From positions 52,886,001 to 52,950,000 of the forward strand of contig OX597814.1 of NCBI GenBank assembly GCA_951406725.2: DNA of 64,000 nucleotides. The letters run 5' to 3'. Below the pieces are notes generated by a model that did not search any database, was not told the DNA's origin, and saw nothing but the letters and a program-made list of their open reading frames with translations. Numbering within the stretch: position 1 is the stretch's first letter; each line of letters opens with the position of its first letter. Made by a program: the position numbers and the translations under genes. The stretch is from Octopus vulgaris. Lineage: Eukaryota. Below, in pieces: positions 41,143-54,949 of the stretch.

Positions 41143-41233
41143 TTCATTTCAAATGTTCCTGTGCCATGTCGTTTGTGATTATGGAAGTAGCCTTTGTATA
41201 CAGAACCATCTGGAAACTTTAATTCTCCATATC
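41143..41233 (-). CDS. MORN1: MORN1-like exon B (91 nt, phase 1-2)
   Basis: Acceptor ttccaag|GA, donor AA|gtaagt. Encodes GYGELKFPDGSVYKGYFHNHKRHGTGTFEMK, a MORN repeat, in frame with exon A. This frame is not in the ORF track. Confidence 0.92.
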
Positions 41234-42280
41234 CTTGGAATAAAAACAGAAGAAATTATCTTAACATACAAGAAAGACTTCTTCAGTCTTTCATGAAGGG
41301 AATCAACTTCAAATAAGAATTGACTTAGATTATGATGATCTATCCAATCCATGCCAATATGGAAAATGGTTATAGAATGGCAATGATGAAGATGAGGATG
41401 ATGATGATGATGATGATGATGACAACAGCGACAACTATGACAACAAGACAACGATAATGTTGACAACAACAACAACAATGATGATGGCAATGGTAGCATT
41501 GCAACAACAATGTTGATGCTGAATCTTTGATGCTATCAGTCAAATATTTCATCCCAGACATGGCTGTATGTTTAAGAAGCTCACTTTGCATAGGTGACTG
41601 ATTTTGCATTTGCTAAAAATGGCAATGAAAATGAGTGATAATATTATAATTTCATGCTGTCATAAGAAGCTTTCAATCAATGACAATGGGTTTCTATCAG
41701 TGTCTGTCTAACAAATTCACTTGCAAGGCTTTGGTCACTGTGTGGCTGTAAGGGAACACACTTGCCCAAGATACATACAGTGGAACTGAACCTAAGACCA
41801 CATGGTTGGGAAGCAAGCTTCTTAATCCCACAGCCATACTTGTGCCTAAAAGGAGAATACTTAACCCTGTAACATTCAAATTATTCTGTCAAAGGTAATG
41901 CTTATTTATTCACATTGTTTTCAATTAATCACACATTATCTTGCAGCTTTGAGATTTTGATGATGTGATTGTTCATTTTTATAATAACATTATAGGGTAG
42001 TTGGGAGAGGCCAGATCTGGCCAGTTTGACCATAAAACAGGTAGAATATTTTGACTGGATATGGCTGGTTTGAATGGTAAAGGGCTAATTTGGTCATCAG
42101 CAGCATTATTAATACCTATCTTATTGTTTGTGGATGAATGGAAGGCAAAGAAGACACTGCTGGATTTCAACTCAGAATATACAAAAATAACTAAAATACT
42201 ACAATACATTTGTCAATCTGCCAATCCACTGCCTCAACTGCTATTAAATTTTGGCATTTTTATGAATAAAGAATACTGAC

Positions 42281-42490
42281 CTTCTTTCTTATTTTCACAC
42301 CAATTTCCATCATAAACGAAACCATTTTTATATTCCATTATCCCTTGCCCATGAAGTTCTCCTGCTTTGAACTCTCCAGTATATTTATCTTGTGTTCTAG
42401 CAAAATATTTAAAACCACTGCCTTCTATTTCGCCATTATAGAAGTTTCCTTTGTAATAGCTTCCATCTTTTAATGTTAATGTTCCAAATC
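42281..42490 (-). CDS. MORN1: MORN repeat-containing protein 1-like, internal exon A (210 nt, phase 1-1)
   Basis: Acceptor ttcctag|GA, donor G|gtcagt. Encodes FGTLTLKDGSYYKGNFYNGEIEGSGFKYFARTQDKYTGEFKAGELHGQGIMEYKNGFVYDGNWCENKKE, i.e. tandem YxGxF/WxxG..xG MORN repeats. Closely resembles vertebrate MORN1 (recalled KDGSYYEG...GVMEYK). Confidence 0.92.
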
Positions 42491-42655
42491 CTAGGAAGAA
42501 ATACAAAAATATAAAACTCAATCCTTTTATCATTATTATAAAACCAGCTGTGCAAAAGTGAGCTGAAGAAAAGAAGATAACTTGTGATAGGATAGAGAGG
42601 GGTAGACAGAAACAATAGGACAGTTATAAATTATATAATAAATAGAATGAGACAT

Positions 42656-42691
<36 letters not shown>

Positions 42692-42876
42692 TCAAGTGAA
42701 GAAAACCTCATTAAGGGATCATAGATCCAACGAAAATATTGGTTAGTTACCAATCGATAGAAAGTTCAACTATAAGGTAACCATATAAACCATGGTTCGT
42801 TATATATTTAAAGAATAAGGAGAAAATAAAGAGGTAATTAATAAAATTATTCATTAATTATAAAATATGACAACAT

Positions 42877-42955
42877 CTCTGACAACTGTTTTGATTCAGA
42901 ATCTTTCGATAATTTGTAAAATTAAAATCTTTATAAGATGAATCTCTTCAGAGGT
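42877..42955 (-). ncRNA. degenerate hammerhead motif
   Basis: Minus strand: acct-CTGAAGA-gattc...gaatc-AAAA-cagttg-TC-agag. GAAA is mutated to AAAA. It lies in an AT-rich element next to a (TA)n tract. Confidence 0.55.
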
Positions 42956-44208
42956 AGTAAGGATATACCAATTAGAAATACATGTTGATTATATTAATCT
43001 TTTCTTTTCTTTCTTTAAGACATATAATAATACATACAATCTTCTCCCCCTATATTTGATTGGTTCATTCTGTAGATTTGGTAGATGGATACTGAAAGAA
43101 GCCTGTTGTATATATACATATGTATGTGTGTGTGTTTGTGTATGCTTGTGTGTATGTGTTTGTCCCCCCACCCCCACCACGCTTGACAATGGATGTTGGT
43201 GTGTTTACGTCCCCATAGCTTAGCGGTTCGGCAAAGAGACTGATAGAATAAGTACTAGGCTTAAAAAGAATAAGTCCTGTGGTCGATTTGCTCGACTAAA
43301 GGTAGTGATTCAGCATGGCCACAGTCAAATGACTGAAACAAATGAAAGAATAAAATTAATTATTAATTCCATATATTATATTATGATATGTTTGGCAATA
43401 TCAAGCAACCTACAATGTGTATTATTAGTAGATTGTTACTCATCATATTTCATGGTTTTTTTTAAAAATACAAGTTAGGAAATTAATCCAATTTTGAAAA
43501 TAATATGATATATTACATCTATGTGTTTGTTTTGCAAGATTCTTGATGTGAAATCTTTGTGTTGAAACAAATATTGTTATAGTTGGGGATGATCATCTTT
43601 TTCCAATTAAGGTGGGATAAAGAGTCACTGAAGTGGTCACAGGATGTGTGACAAAAGAGCTTCGACAATGGAGCAAAAATAATAATAATGAAGTTGAATT
43701 AAAGACCAAAAATATAGTATAATTGGCAAAATATGAGCATCCCCAAGTATAACAATAGTAAGATATATTAGTTTAAAATAAGATAAAAATTAAACAAATT
43801 TGTCATTTGTATATTTGCAATAAATATGTTGCCCCACTCACTTCTATGTACTCTGTGCCTTGAGGGGTCATATAGACATCTTATCTCCTATGTATCATAT
43901 CACACTTCCTATTGATCATTCCTTCCCTTTGCTATTAGATGTGAGTCACCATGCAACTCTTCTGCATGAAACTGCTCTCTTTCTTCACCTGCCTTCTCTC
44001 ATATTTCAACCCCCCACCCCTGTTCACAAACATAAAACCGACCCTCCATTTATTTGGGGTTTGTAGTATTGCCAGCTGCATAGTGACTTCAATTGTACCA
44101 GTGACACAAAAAGTGTGCCCAGTTGACATTAAGAAAAGCATCCAGCTATAGAAACCATACAAAAGCAGACATTGAAGCATGATACTATCCTTGGACCCCT
44201 CAGATCTT

Positions 44209-44368
44209 ACATTATTCACATTATTTACATTTGACAGATATTTGTCCTCATCTTGTTTGTTGTTAACACAATGCTTTGGCTGATATACCCTCCAGCCTTC
44301 ATCACGTGTTTTGGGGAAATTTCGAACCTGTGTTCTCATTCCTAAGGTATTTTTCGATGTAATTATTA

Positions 44369-44401
<33 letters not shown>

Positions 44402-44517
44402 TGTACGGAATCTTGGGGTTAGTAGCCCGTGCTGTTAACAACTACGCCATATGCCCGTAGGCATATATCTGTCAAATGTAAATAATGTACATAATTCCCC
44501 ATCTCTTAAATATAGAA
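44209..44517 (-). mobile_element. Penelope-like short insertion with 12-bp TSD and mutated hammerhead
   Basis: TSD ccctcagatctt at 44197-44208 and 44518-44529. Internal inversion (acattatttacatttgacagatat / atatctgtcaaatgtaaataatgt). Minus-strand aacac-GTGATGA-aggctg..cagcc-AAAG-ca-TT-gtgtt at 44265-44310. Confidence 0.7.
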
Positions 44518-45469
44518 CCCTCAGATCTTGTCAAACTGTGAAACCTATGCCAGCATTGAACATGAACACTAAATGGTGATGATGGTGATGATGAGGATCT
44601 TATCAATAAAAATAACATTGTTTAATGATGATAATGATCGTCATCATTATCAACATCATCATTTTTTTAATGTCTACTTTTCTATGCTTGTATGGGCCAA
44701 ATAGAATTCAGTGAGTTCAGATTATCTACAGCTGGATGCCTTTCCTGTCATCTAGTCTCACCTATTTCCAAGTAAGGTAATTGTTCACCATGGCTAGGTA
44801 TGTTCTCACAGAAGACTGGAATTGAACAATACTCATTCATAAACACTGCATGATGTTAAGACAAGGGGACACACACATACACACACACACCAGAAATATA
44901 TATATATATGTATAGGATGAGCTCCTTTTAGTTCCCATCTACCAAATCCACTCAGCTTTGGTCAACCTAGGGCTGTAGTGGAAGACACTTGCCCAAGGTG
45001 CTGCACAATGGACTGAAATCATATGATTAGAAAGAAAATTTTTAACAACACAAACAATATTTGTATTATAGAAATCTATACAATATTTATGTCATCTGTT
45101 CTTTTGGTCACATGATACTTAAACACTTGCTCTCTTTCATTCTTTCTTTGTCAATTGCAATTCTATCTCTCTCTCTCTCATTCTTTCAGTTCAAGTGAGT
45201 GATGGTTGACATCAGCACTGAATGATTGTCACTTGTTAACTTAGCTATCATCAATATTTATTTCTAATGATAAAGTAATTTGATGACAATGATATGGAAA
45301 CAAATTTATAAAAAATATATATATTTATTTTGACTATTTCAAGAATTTTATTACAATTTCTACTTCCAACTCATCTCTTCCTTCAACCCATACTTTAACT
45401 CTCTCTCTCTCTCTCTCTCTCTCCTTCACTCTTTCTCTCTTTATTTCCTGTCTCAGCCCACTTTACCAC

Positions 45470-46720
45470 TTTACAATATATTGTACAAGGCGAAAGTTGT
45501 TATGGATAATTTGCCAGGAACTACACATTTTTGTGCGTCTTTGACTATACTAAAGATAAAAAGTGTCAATGTCTTTGCAAGAACCTTTGCCAAAATCTTT
45601 GATTTTGAGTAGAACAGAATTATAGACCTGAAGTTACCTATTATGTACTCCTTGGGCAAGTCCATTCTCAGCATTGTCACCAATGCTGCCAGTTGCAATT
45701 AACAGATGCTAAGATGATTGCAAATAAATCAGGCTTGTAAGAATAAAATTTGTAGAGCTGACTATATAGTTCTGGTAATTTGACCCTTGCATAGTTGCTC
45801 AACATGTTTGCTACTTCATCTGCTGAAGTTGGTTTTAAAGCATTCAACATCTTCAAACAAGAACTTCGATAGACCACTGATATCTATCGTCAGTTCTTTG
45901 TTCCCTGTGAACAACTTAGCAAAGTACTGCTGAAAAACTGCTCACATTTACAGGAAATCAGATAGCTCACACACGCTGCAGCCTTTGTTGTCACACAGTG
46001 CCTTTACAATCTAGGCCTATTGAACAATTTTTTCTGAGTTGTGTTTCCGAGCATGTACTGTAGCATAAACAATATATTCTTGGTGTGGTCAAGGTCAACT
46101 CAAACCATAAACATGTTGTATGCAATATCTTTTCTGTTTTCCTTTTCTACTCAGCAGCTAAAATTGATAGAGTTTACTCTAATTTTTTTTTAGTGAAACC
46201 CACTTTCTCTAATTAATAATTTGTACCTGTCAACTCCATCTAAACCAATTCATCTCATCTCTGAAACCTTTCTGTGCTGGGAATGATGTATGAAGTTTCC
46301 AGTTTAATTATGGACAATTTATTTTATAATTGACTAGCTGACTCTTATGAAAACTGTATGTGTCATGAATGATCCATTGTGGTTTGTTAAGTCCACATTA
46401 GTATATTCAGAAAATTCATGTGATACCTGTTAGAGATTATTTGAGTGGATGTACGAGACCTTTTATTCCCTCTCTTCTGTTAGCTACTCTCCACAATCTC
46501 TGTGCTCATTTAAGATGTCATACCAGTCACTCACCAAGATTAATAAGAGAGGGTTTCCTAGCAATGTCTCTAGAAATCTGAAGAAATCCTGTTTAGGTTG
46601 GGGCATAAACAGTCCTACCCTTCCAGGACCACTGACCAACTATCAAAGCATAAGAAGATCATACCGTACTTTTTTGAAGCAACACTGCTAGGCCACTAAA
46701 TCTGAGTTGGCTAAAAAAAG
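45470..46720 (-). mobile_element. decayed L1/Tx1-like LINE fragment
   Basis: GNFRSIILFYSKSKILAKVLAK..AQKCVVPGK resembles RT subdomains 1-2. The upstream boundary is approximate. Confidence 0.55.
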
Positions 46721-48110
46721 TGTAGACTGAAAGTTAGCTGAAAGAAGGTCAAACAAATATATCTTTGATATTCTTTTTTCATTAATGATTGCACATATAG
46801 GCTTAGTGACTTGAGATCATTCAGCAGGTGTTCCTGCTTCACAAATGAATGAATTTAAATAATAGATGAATTAAGAAGTTAGTGTGGAGTGCTAAAACAT
46901 TTAGTAAAAGAAAAGGTATATGTTCAAGAAAGTGGTGTAAAACAAATAATATATAGGATGTGTAGTAGTGAAATGTTGATTGGTTTTTTGTTACTCTCCT
47001 ATTATCCAGTCATTCACCCAATACATAGCATTACACAGATAACTGTGGTGTGTGCAATGCTGCCTTTTATTTTTAAACCTTTCAGATGCAGGTGTGGCTG
47101 TGTGGTTAAACCATGTGACTTTAGGTTCAGTCCGACTGAGTGGCACCTTGGGCAAGAGTCTGGTGCTATAGCCCTAGGCTGACCAAAGCCTTGTGAGTGG
47201 ATTTAGAAAGCAGAAACTAAAAGAAGCTAAAAAGCCTGTTGTGTGTGTGTGTGTGTGTATGAGTGTGTATCTTTGTGCTGTGTGTTCCTCACCACTGGTG
47301 AGGTGTTGGTTCATTTACATCCATGTAACTTAATGGTTCAGCAAAAGGGACCAACAGAATAAGTAACAGTACAAAAAAATTACTGAGGTTCATCTATTCG
47401 ACTAAATCCTTCAAGGTTGTACCCCAGGATGACTGCAGTCCAATAACTGAAACAAGTGAACCATAGAAGACATTTGCATGTAATGGATTTTAGCTTTAAT
47501 TTAGAAATTCTTTTCTACTCCAGAGACAAGGGCGGAAATTTTGGGGGAGGGGGCCAGTCGATTAGATTGATCCCAGTATGCAACTGGTATTTAATTTATC
47601 AACTCCAAAAGGATGAAAAGCAAAGTCAACCTCAGCGGAATTTGAACTCAGAATGTAAAGACAGATGAAATGCGAATGTTTCTGCCAGTTCACTGCTTTA
47701 TTTTTAATTTAGAAATTAAATATACTTCTCTATATTAATAATATAAAAAGTCTATAATTTGATAAAAAAAAAATGCAGCTGAAAATAAAATCTATAAAGA
47801 GAGAGTATGATCATAAATTTTGTATATTTTTCAAAAGTAATTTAACTCCACCTAACAAAACCTAACCTATGACAATGATAAGTTAGATTCGGTTCAGTAA
47901 GGTTAGATTAGTTTCAGAAAATATACAAAACATTTGCATTACAAATACATTTCTCTTTACTAATAACAGAGTTAATAAAAGCCTACATTTGAATGTATTA
48001 TATGTCAAACATGACTGCAATAAATCTAAAAGAACTAAAAGTACAAAACGTATAATTTTTAGTCAGCTTGCTCTATTGTAATGACACTTTTTGGATGTTC
48101 ATATACTATA

Positions 48111-48520
48111 TAGGCGTAGGAGTGGCTGTGTGGTAAGTAACTTGTTTATGAACCACATAGTTCCAGGTTCAGTCCCACTGCGTGGCACCTTGGGTAAGTG
48201 TCTTCTACTATAGCCTCGGGCTGACCAAAGCCTTCTGAGTGGATTTGGTAGATGGAAACTGAAAGAAGCCCATCATATATATGTATATATGTATGTGTGT
48301 GTGTATAATATGTTTGTGTGTCTGTATTTGTCACCACCCCCCCCAACATCGCTTGACTACCAATGCTGGTGTGTTTACGTCCCCGTAACTTAGCAGTTTG
48401 GCTAAAGAGACCGATAGAATAAGTACTAGGCTTACAAAGAATAAGTCCTGGGGTCGATTTGCTCGACTAAAGGTGGTGCTCCAGCATGGCCACAGTCAAA
48501 TGACTGAAACAAGTAAAAAA
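48111..48520 (+). mobile_element. full-length tRNA-derived SINE with internal (TA/TG)n; many partial copies elsewhere
   Basis: ggagtggctgtgtggtaag (A box), ggttcagtccc (B box), ggcaccttgggtaagtgtcttctactatagc, and 3' cagtcaaatgactgaaacaag. Confidence 0.85.
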
Positions 48521-51500
48521 TATCTTTTATCTTTTACATATTACATATTTATTTCAGCTTCTCTCTACCAAAACCACTCACAAAGGCTTTGGTCAGCCTA
48601 AGGTTAGAGCAGAAAATACCTGGCCAAGATTCTATCTAGTAAGATTGAATCTGGACCCATGTAATACTTATTACAGAACTTGGCTTGACTTGGCTTCATG
48701 CTCTTGCTTGTGGGGCTGGGGTCATTCCAAGTTATTGGTCTCAAAGGAGTCATCTTGTGTAGAGCCAACCAGGTCACCAGTGCTCTCCATCATTGGCTGT
48801 TCCATGCCAGCCCTTCTGCATCCTCTAAAGTGATGTCAAGCCTCTGGAGATCTTCCCCAATCATGTCTATCAATCTGGTGTGAGGCTTGCCACGAGGCCT
48901 CGTCCAGCCTGTAGCTGCTGTGTCAAACAGGTGTAAAGTAATAATTCTTTTTAGATAATGTATTTTTAATGAACCTCACATGGAAATCATAAATCTTAGC
49001 TTATACCAATGAAATAGTGGGAATAGATCAGTTTAGGTGTCATAAACTTCAAGCAATTGGAATTTTGATGTCCTGACTAAACTAATTATAAATATTCTAT
49101 TTTTGCATAATATGCTAAATTTTTGAAACATCTGTATACACAAGCAATGACAATAAGTTGGTCCTTCTCCAAACAGTTCAATTTAATAAAAACATTTAGT
49201 AAAAACTACACAAGGGTCTTGAGAAATGTGTCAGACATCTAAATATAAAGCCAACAATAACAATCAAGATTAAAATAAAATCTAAGAATAAAAAAATAAC
49301 TAGAAAAACACTTTCTGAAATAGTTAGGAATAAATTAATGTTGGCAATATAAAGCAAATAAAAATGAAGAAAACTATTTAAATCAGATCGATATTAGGAT
49401 CATAACTAAATATAAAATCAAATAAGATAATTAGCAGCCTCAGTAATTAAGTGTAACTTTGAATATAGTAAATTATAAATTGAGCAAAAAGAAAAAAAAA
49501 CATAGCAAAAATGCTTGTGATAAGATAAAAATACACAACAGTAAATCCAGTGTAGACAAAATTTGACTGAATGAGAGTGGGATATGGTTTGACAAAACAA
49601 GAATAGTCTGTTGAGTACAATACACTAAAGGAGAAAAAGCCTCTAATAATAAGAAAATTATAAGATAATTACAATTATAAATGTACAGTATTATAGATTG
49701 ATTTAAGCCAATCTTACAATCAGTTTTGCACCAGATATATGACAGGGAATTTATCTAAATACATGTGTTGGCCATCTCCATCCTGTTATCTAATATTCAG
49801 TGTGAAACCAAATGATAAGACAGGTTGAAATGGGTCTATAACACTTTGATTAATATACAAGTAAAAATATAATATTTTCTCTTGATTAGGAGACAAATAG
49901 GTACAGCATACAACTGAAGAGAAGAACAGTACACTAGTTAAAAAAGCAAAGAAAATACATAGAGTATGAATTCCTTGTTATGACTAAAGATGTAAACACA
50001 ACAATGTCCTAACTGGTGAGTATCAGGCAAATATGAATAAGATTAAGGTAAATCTGTAAGGATGTTAAAATAGTTGGCCAAAGAAACTATCTTAAAAATG
50101 TAACCAATCAAGAGCAATATATTATGTACAGATTATGCAGTTGACATAGGTAGTATTATTAAAGACAGATTGTTAGAAAGATTGACCTTTTGTCAATATA
50201 TTAATCTCTTCTGAACAGAATATTGCTTGGGAGTAGAGACTGAGAACTGTCAAAATAAAAGGATTGAGAGACAGAGAATGAAAATGTATGTGGAAGATGA
50301 GAGTAGTTAGCTCTCTGATATTTAAATGATCAAAATGTAGAGAAAATTGTTTATTGGGCGTTTTCAGCTTAAATAAGTGTCAGGAGTATGTTTGATATAG
50401 GAAATTAAAATTTCCTTATGTAGCTAAAGGTACTTTCATAGGGTTAAAAAGCTTACTTTGCAATCACATGCATGGTCTTGGGTTCAACCCCACTGCATGG
50501 CACCTTGGGCAAGTATCTTCTACATTAATCTCAGGCCAACCAATGCATTATGAGTGAAATTGGTAGAAAGAAGTTATGTGTGTGTGTGCATGCACAGGTG
50601 TCTGTATTCATGTCTGTGTATGTGTTTATGTTGTTTATCAGAGCAAAACAAAAAGTTTTGTATGAAGAAGTTTAAATTAGCAATTCAATAAAATATAGAT
50701 CAATAAAATTAGTACCAAACTGAAATAAGTACTAGGTTGATATGAAAATCTCTGAAGATGGTTGTTCACCATGGTTGCAGTCCAATGACTGAAACCAGTA
50801 AAAGAATAACAGAATGTATTTATAAATTATTCAAATGTCAGTAATTCTGCAACAATCAAGACGTTATAATTGCTAGCATGCAACAATGATGTTTAAACAC
50901 GCAGAATCCTTAGAGCTTATCCGAGCTTTCAAATTTGCCACTTCTTCCTTGTATAGTATTTGAAGTGCTAAGAATTATTAACAATAGACATTATAGAATT
51001 AAAAATTGTATACAGAAAGAAAAAAAAATTCTATGCATCATATATCCTGACATAAAAAAAAATAGTATTATTTGATAGAGTACAGATAACTTGATAGTGT
51101 TCTCTCCTAAAAATATATAGGTCTGGCTGTGTTGTAAGAAGTTTGCTTCCCAACTACATGGTTCTGGGTTCAGTTCCAGTCTGTGGCACTTTGGACAAGC
51201 ATTTTTTACCATAGCCTTGGGCCAACCAAAGCCTTGTGAGTGGATTTAATAAATAGAAACTGAAAAGAAGCCCATTGTATATATCATCATCTTTTACCAT
51301 CTGTTTTCCATACTGGCATGGGTGTGTCTTTGTGTCGTGCTTGTTCTCCACCATGGCTTAACAACCGGTGTTGGTGTGTTTATGTCCCATGTAGCTTAGC
51401 AGTTTGGCAAAGAGACCAACAGAATAAGTACTAGGCTTTTTTTTAAAAAAAAAAAAAAACAAGTACTAGGCTCGATTCATTCAACTAAAGATTCTTCAAG

Positions 51501-51854
51501 GCAGTGCTCCAGCATGGCCACTAATGACTTAATAACTGATGCAAGTAAAAGATAAAAGATAAAAAACATAGAACACAAAGACATAGGAAACACACGAAAC
51601 TTCTATACAGCCAGCTGAGCTGCTAAAATAGCAGTCAAATTGGCTTCAAATCACACCTGACCACTATAATAAACAGGAAAACAGTCATAACTATATTACA
51701 TCTGAAAATAAGATGGGATGATTATAGCTGTGTCATCTTTGACAAGAATCTAACCTCTGACCCATAGCATAGCTAAAATGTCAGGGCTGATATGAAACGT
51801 TTAAACAACACTGCATGCATTAGAAGGCACATGAAGGAGACAAATGTCACTATA

Positions 51855-52194
51855 ATTCTTTCTACTACAGGCACAAGGCCTGAAATTTTGTGGGGAGGGG
51901 ACTAGTTGATTACATCGACTCCAGTACTTGACAAGTACTTATTTTATTGACCTTGAAAGGATGAAATAATAATTGCAATAATGATATTTCCAAATTTTGG
52001 CACAAGGCCAGCAATTTTAGGGGAGAGGGTAAGTCAATTACATCAGTCCCAGTGATTTACTGGTACTTATTTTATCAACCACAAAAGGATGAAAAGCAAA
52101 GTTGACCTCAGTTGAATTTGAACTCATAGCGTAAAGATAGACAAAATGCATTTTGCCTAGTGTGCTAATGATTCTGCTAGCTCACTTCTTTCAG

Positions 52195-52225
<31 letters not shown>

Positions 52226-52820
52226 CAACAATCCTTTCTACTAAAGGTACAAGGTCTAGTCGATTACATTGACCCCAGTAATTGACTGGTACCTATTTTA
52301 TTGGCCCTGAAAGGATGAAATGCCATAATAATAATAATAATGTTTTCAAGCCAGCAATTTTAGGGGAGGGTTAAATTGAATACATTGACCCCACTGTTTG
52401 ACCAATACTTATTTTATTGACAACATCAAAAGGATGAAAGGCAAAGTCAACTTTGGTGGAATTTAAACTCAGAACATAGCCATGGGTGAAATACTGCTAA
52501 GCAAACCGTCCAGCATGCTAATGATTCTGCCAGCTTGCTGCCTTACTACTACTAATAATAATCCTTTCTACTAAAAGCACAAGGCTTGAAATCTGTGGGG
52601 GAGGGGACTATATATTGACCTCCAGTGTTTCACTGGTACTTAATTTATTGATCTAAGAAGGATGAAAGGCAAAGCTGATCTCGGTGGAATTTGAACTGAG
52701 AATATAGCAGCAGACGAAATACCGCTAAGAATTTTGCCCAATGTGCTAATGATTAATGATTCTGCCAGCTCGCCACCCTCCTCCTCCTCCTCCTCCTGCT
52801 GCTGCTGCTGCTGCTGCTGC

Positions 52821-52851
<31 letters not shown>

Positions 52852-52897
52852 TCTTTTTACTAAAGGCAAAAGGCTTGAAATTTTGGTGGAGGGGCTA
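51855..52897 (-). mobile_element. array of ~6 SINE copies (same family)
   Basis: Same unit, some copies 5'-truncated, with (AAT)n spacers. Confidence 0.8.
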
Positions 52898-53814
52898 AAT
52901 AGTCAAATACCAATGGGTATCAACTAATCCCTCCCTTCAGAAAAAATGTTGTTGCTGTTATTATTATTTGAAACTTGAAGTCTTTCATATGTGCTGTCTG
53001 TGCAATATCTGCAACATAAAACAGCAAGATAAGATATCAGTTATTAAAATCTTAGAAAAATGTGATATCTCCAGCATTGAAAGCATGCTGTTGTGAATTT
53101 AGTGAAGATGAGCAAGATATGCTGTTCAAATGCAAGATGATCAGATTCCATAAAAATTCTTTTGTATGGTCAAATCACAAAAATCTGTAGCTTAATTTAA
53201 CGGCTTGGGAAAGTTATTGCCTAGATTGATCTGAGCGACATAAAATGTGCTATGATGCATCTAAACAATTTGAGTTGAAGAAACAGAACAATAAAAGAAT
53301 TATATCCTGCAATTAACAGATACATTTGTCCAATCCCAGACAAAATCAAAATCATAATTGTCTTCATTGTAACTTCTTTGCAAAATTAACACTTGGACTC
53401 AAATAAAATAAATAGATGCAGTTTCTTTTAATTTTAATCTTTTTAATTAAAAAAATTCTTTTATTCAAATGATAATGGTAATAATGATGATGATGGTGGT
53501 CACAGGAGTATGTATGTGTGTTTGTGTTTTAATCCATTTTTTAAAAAACCCTTTTCTTCAAATAATAATAATAATAATAATGAGATGATGGTGGTCATAG
53601 GAGTATGTATATATGTGTGTTGTGTTTGTGTTACTTTGTCTTGACATTGTATAATAGTTGTAAAATAATTGTCATACAAGCAGGGTCATTTCTTTCCAAT
53701 ATTCTGTGAGAACATGTTTGACCATAGGGAAATATTACCTTGCTTGGAAAACAGTTGACAAAATGAGTGCAGGGAGTTTTTTTTGCCTCTAAACCAGCCA
53801 AATGATGTGAGTGT

Positions 53815-54715
53815 GGAATTATGAAATTTTTTAAGGGAAAATGTTAGTCAATATCATCAACCTCAGTCCTTAACTGGTTCTTTATTTAATTGACCTCTGA
53901 GAGATGAAAGGTAAAGTTGGCCTTAGTGGGATTTGAGAAAGGGTTTATAAAGAGTCAGAACAAATATTATAAGTCATTTTGTCTGATGTTCTTAAATGGT
54001 TTTGATTTAGGCATAAAAGTCACAATTTTGAGGGAAAGGAGTAAGTTGATACCACTGGCTCCAGTATTTGATTGGCACTTTATTTTACTGACCCCAAAAG
54101 GATGAAAAGCAAAGCTAACTTCAGCTGAATTTGAACTTAGAGCATAAAATGTGGGAAAGAATACTGCAAGGTATTGTTTCAGAATTTCTAACAATGTTGC
54201 TGAACCAATATCATGAACCAATATCATAATAATATCATGATAATACTTTCTAATTTTTACACAAGGCCTGAAATTTGGTGGGAGTGGGCTAGTCAATTAC
54301 ATGGACTCAGTGCTCAACTGGTACTTATTTTATCAACCCTGATAGGAAGAAAGGCGAAGTCGACCTCAGTGGAATTTGAATTCACAGTGTAAAGATGGAT
54401 GAAATGCTGCTTCACATGTTGTCTGGTGTGTTAAAAATTATCAGTAATAATAATAACTTTTTAACATAAGCACAAGACCACAAATTAGGAGAAGAGGGAT
54501 TAGTTGATTATATCAACCCAGTATTTAACTGGTACTGTATTTTATTGATCCCAGAATGAAGAAAGGTAAAGTTGATTTTGGCAGAATTCAAACCCAGAAT
54601 GTAAAGAGTTGAAACAAATACTTCAAGGCATTTTTAGCAACACCTTAACAATTCTGCTAATCCACCATCATAATTATTGTTTCTAACATAGGCACAGGGT
54701 CTGAAATTTGGGGAT
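53815..54715 (-). mobile_element. array of ~5 older SINE copies (same family)
   Basis: Same unit, more diverged. Confidence 0.7.
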
Positions 54716-54949
54716 GCTTGACTAGTGTTTTATAAAACACAGGAAGGTAAGTTAAAATTCACTAACTTATTACCTCACCACCGAAGGCTGGGTTATGAGA
54801 AACAGCTGGATAAAGTGATTCTGTTATTATTATCATGATAAACAATAACAGAGATACTATTTCTACCACTGGCAGCACACCAATTGTCTGCATTGTTTCT
54901 CTTGGTATCATTATCCTCTTTGTCACTATTATTATTGCCATCTTCGCTA

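Noticed and set aside
48111-48190. tRNA-like heads with A/B boxes
   Set aside because: They do not form a complete cloverleaf and are SINE heads rather than tRNA genes.
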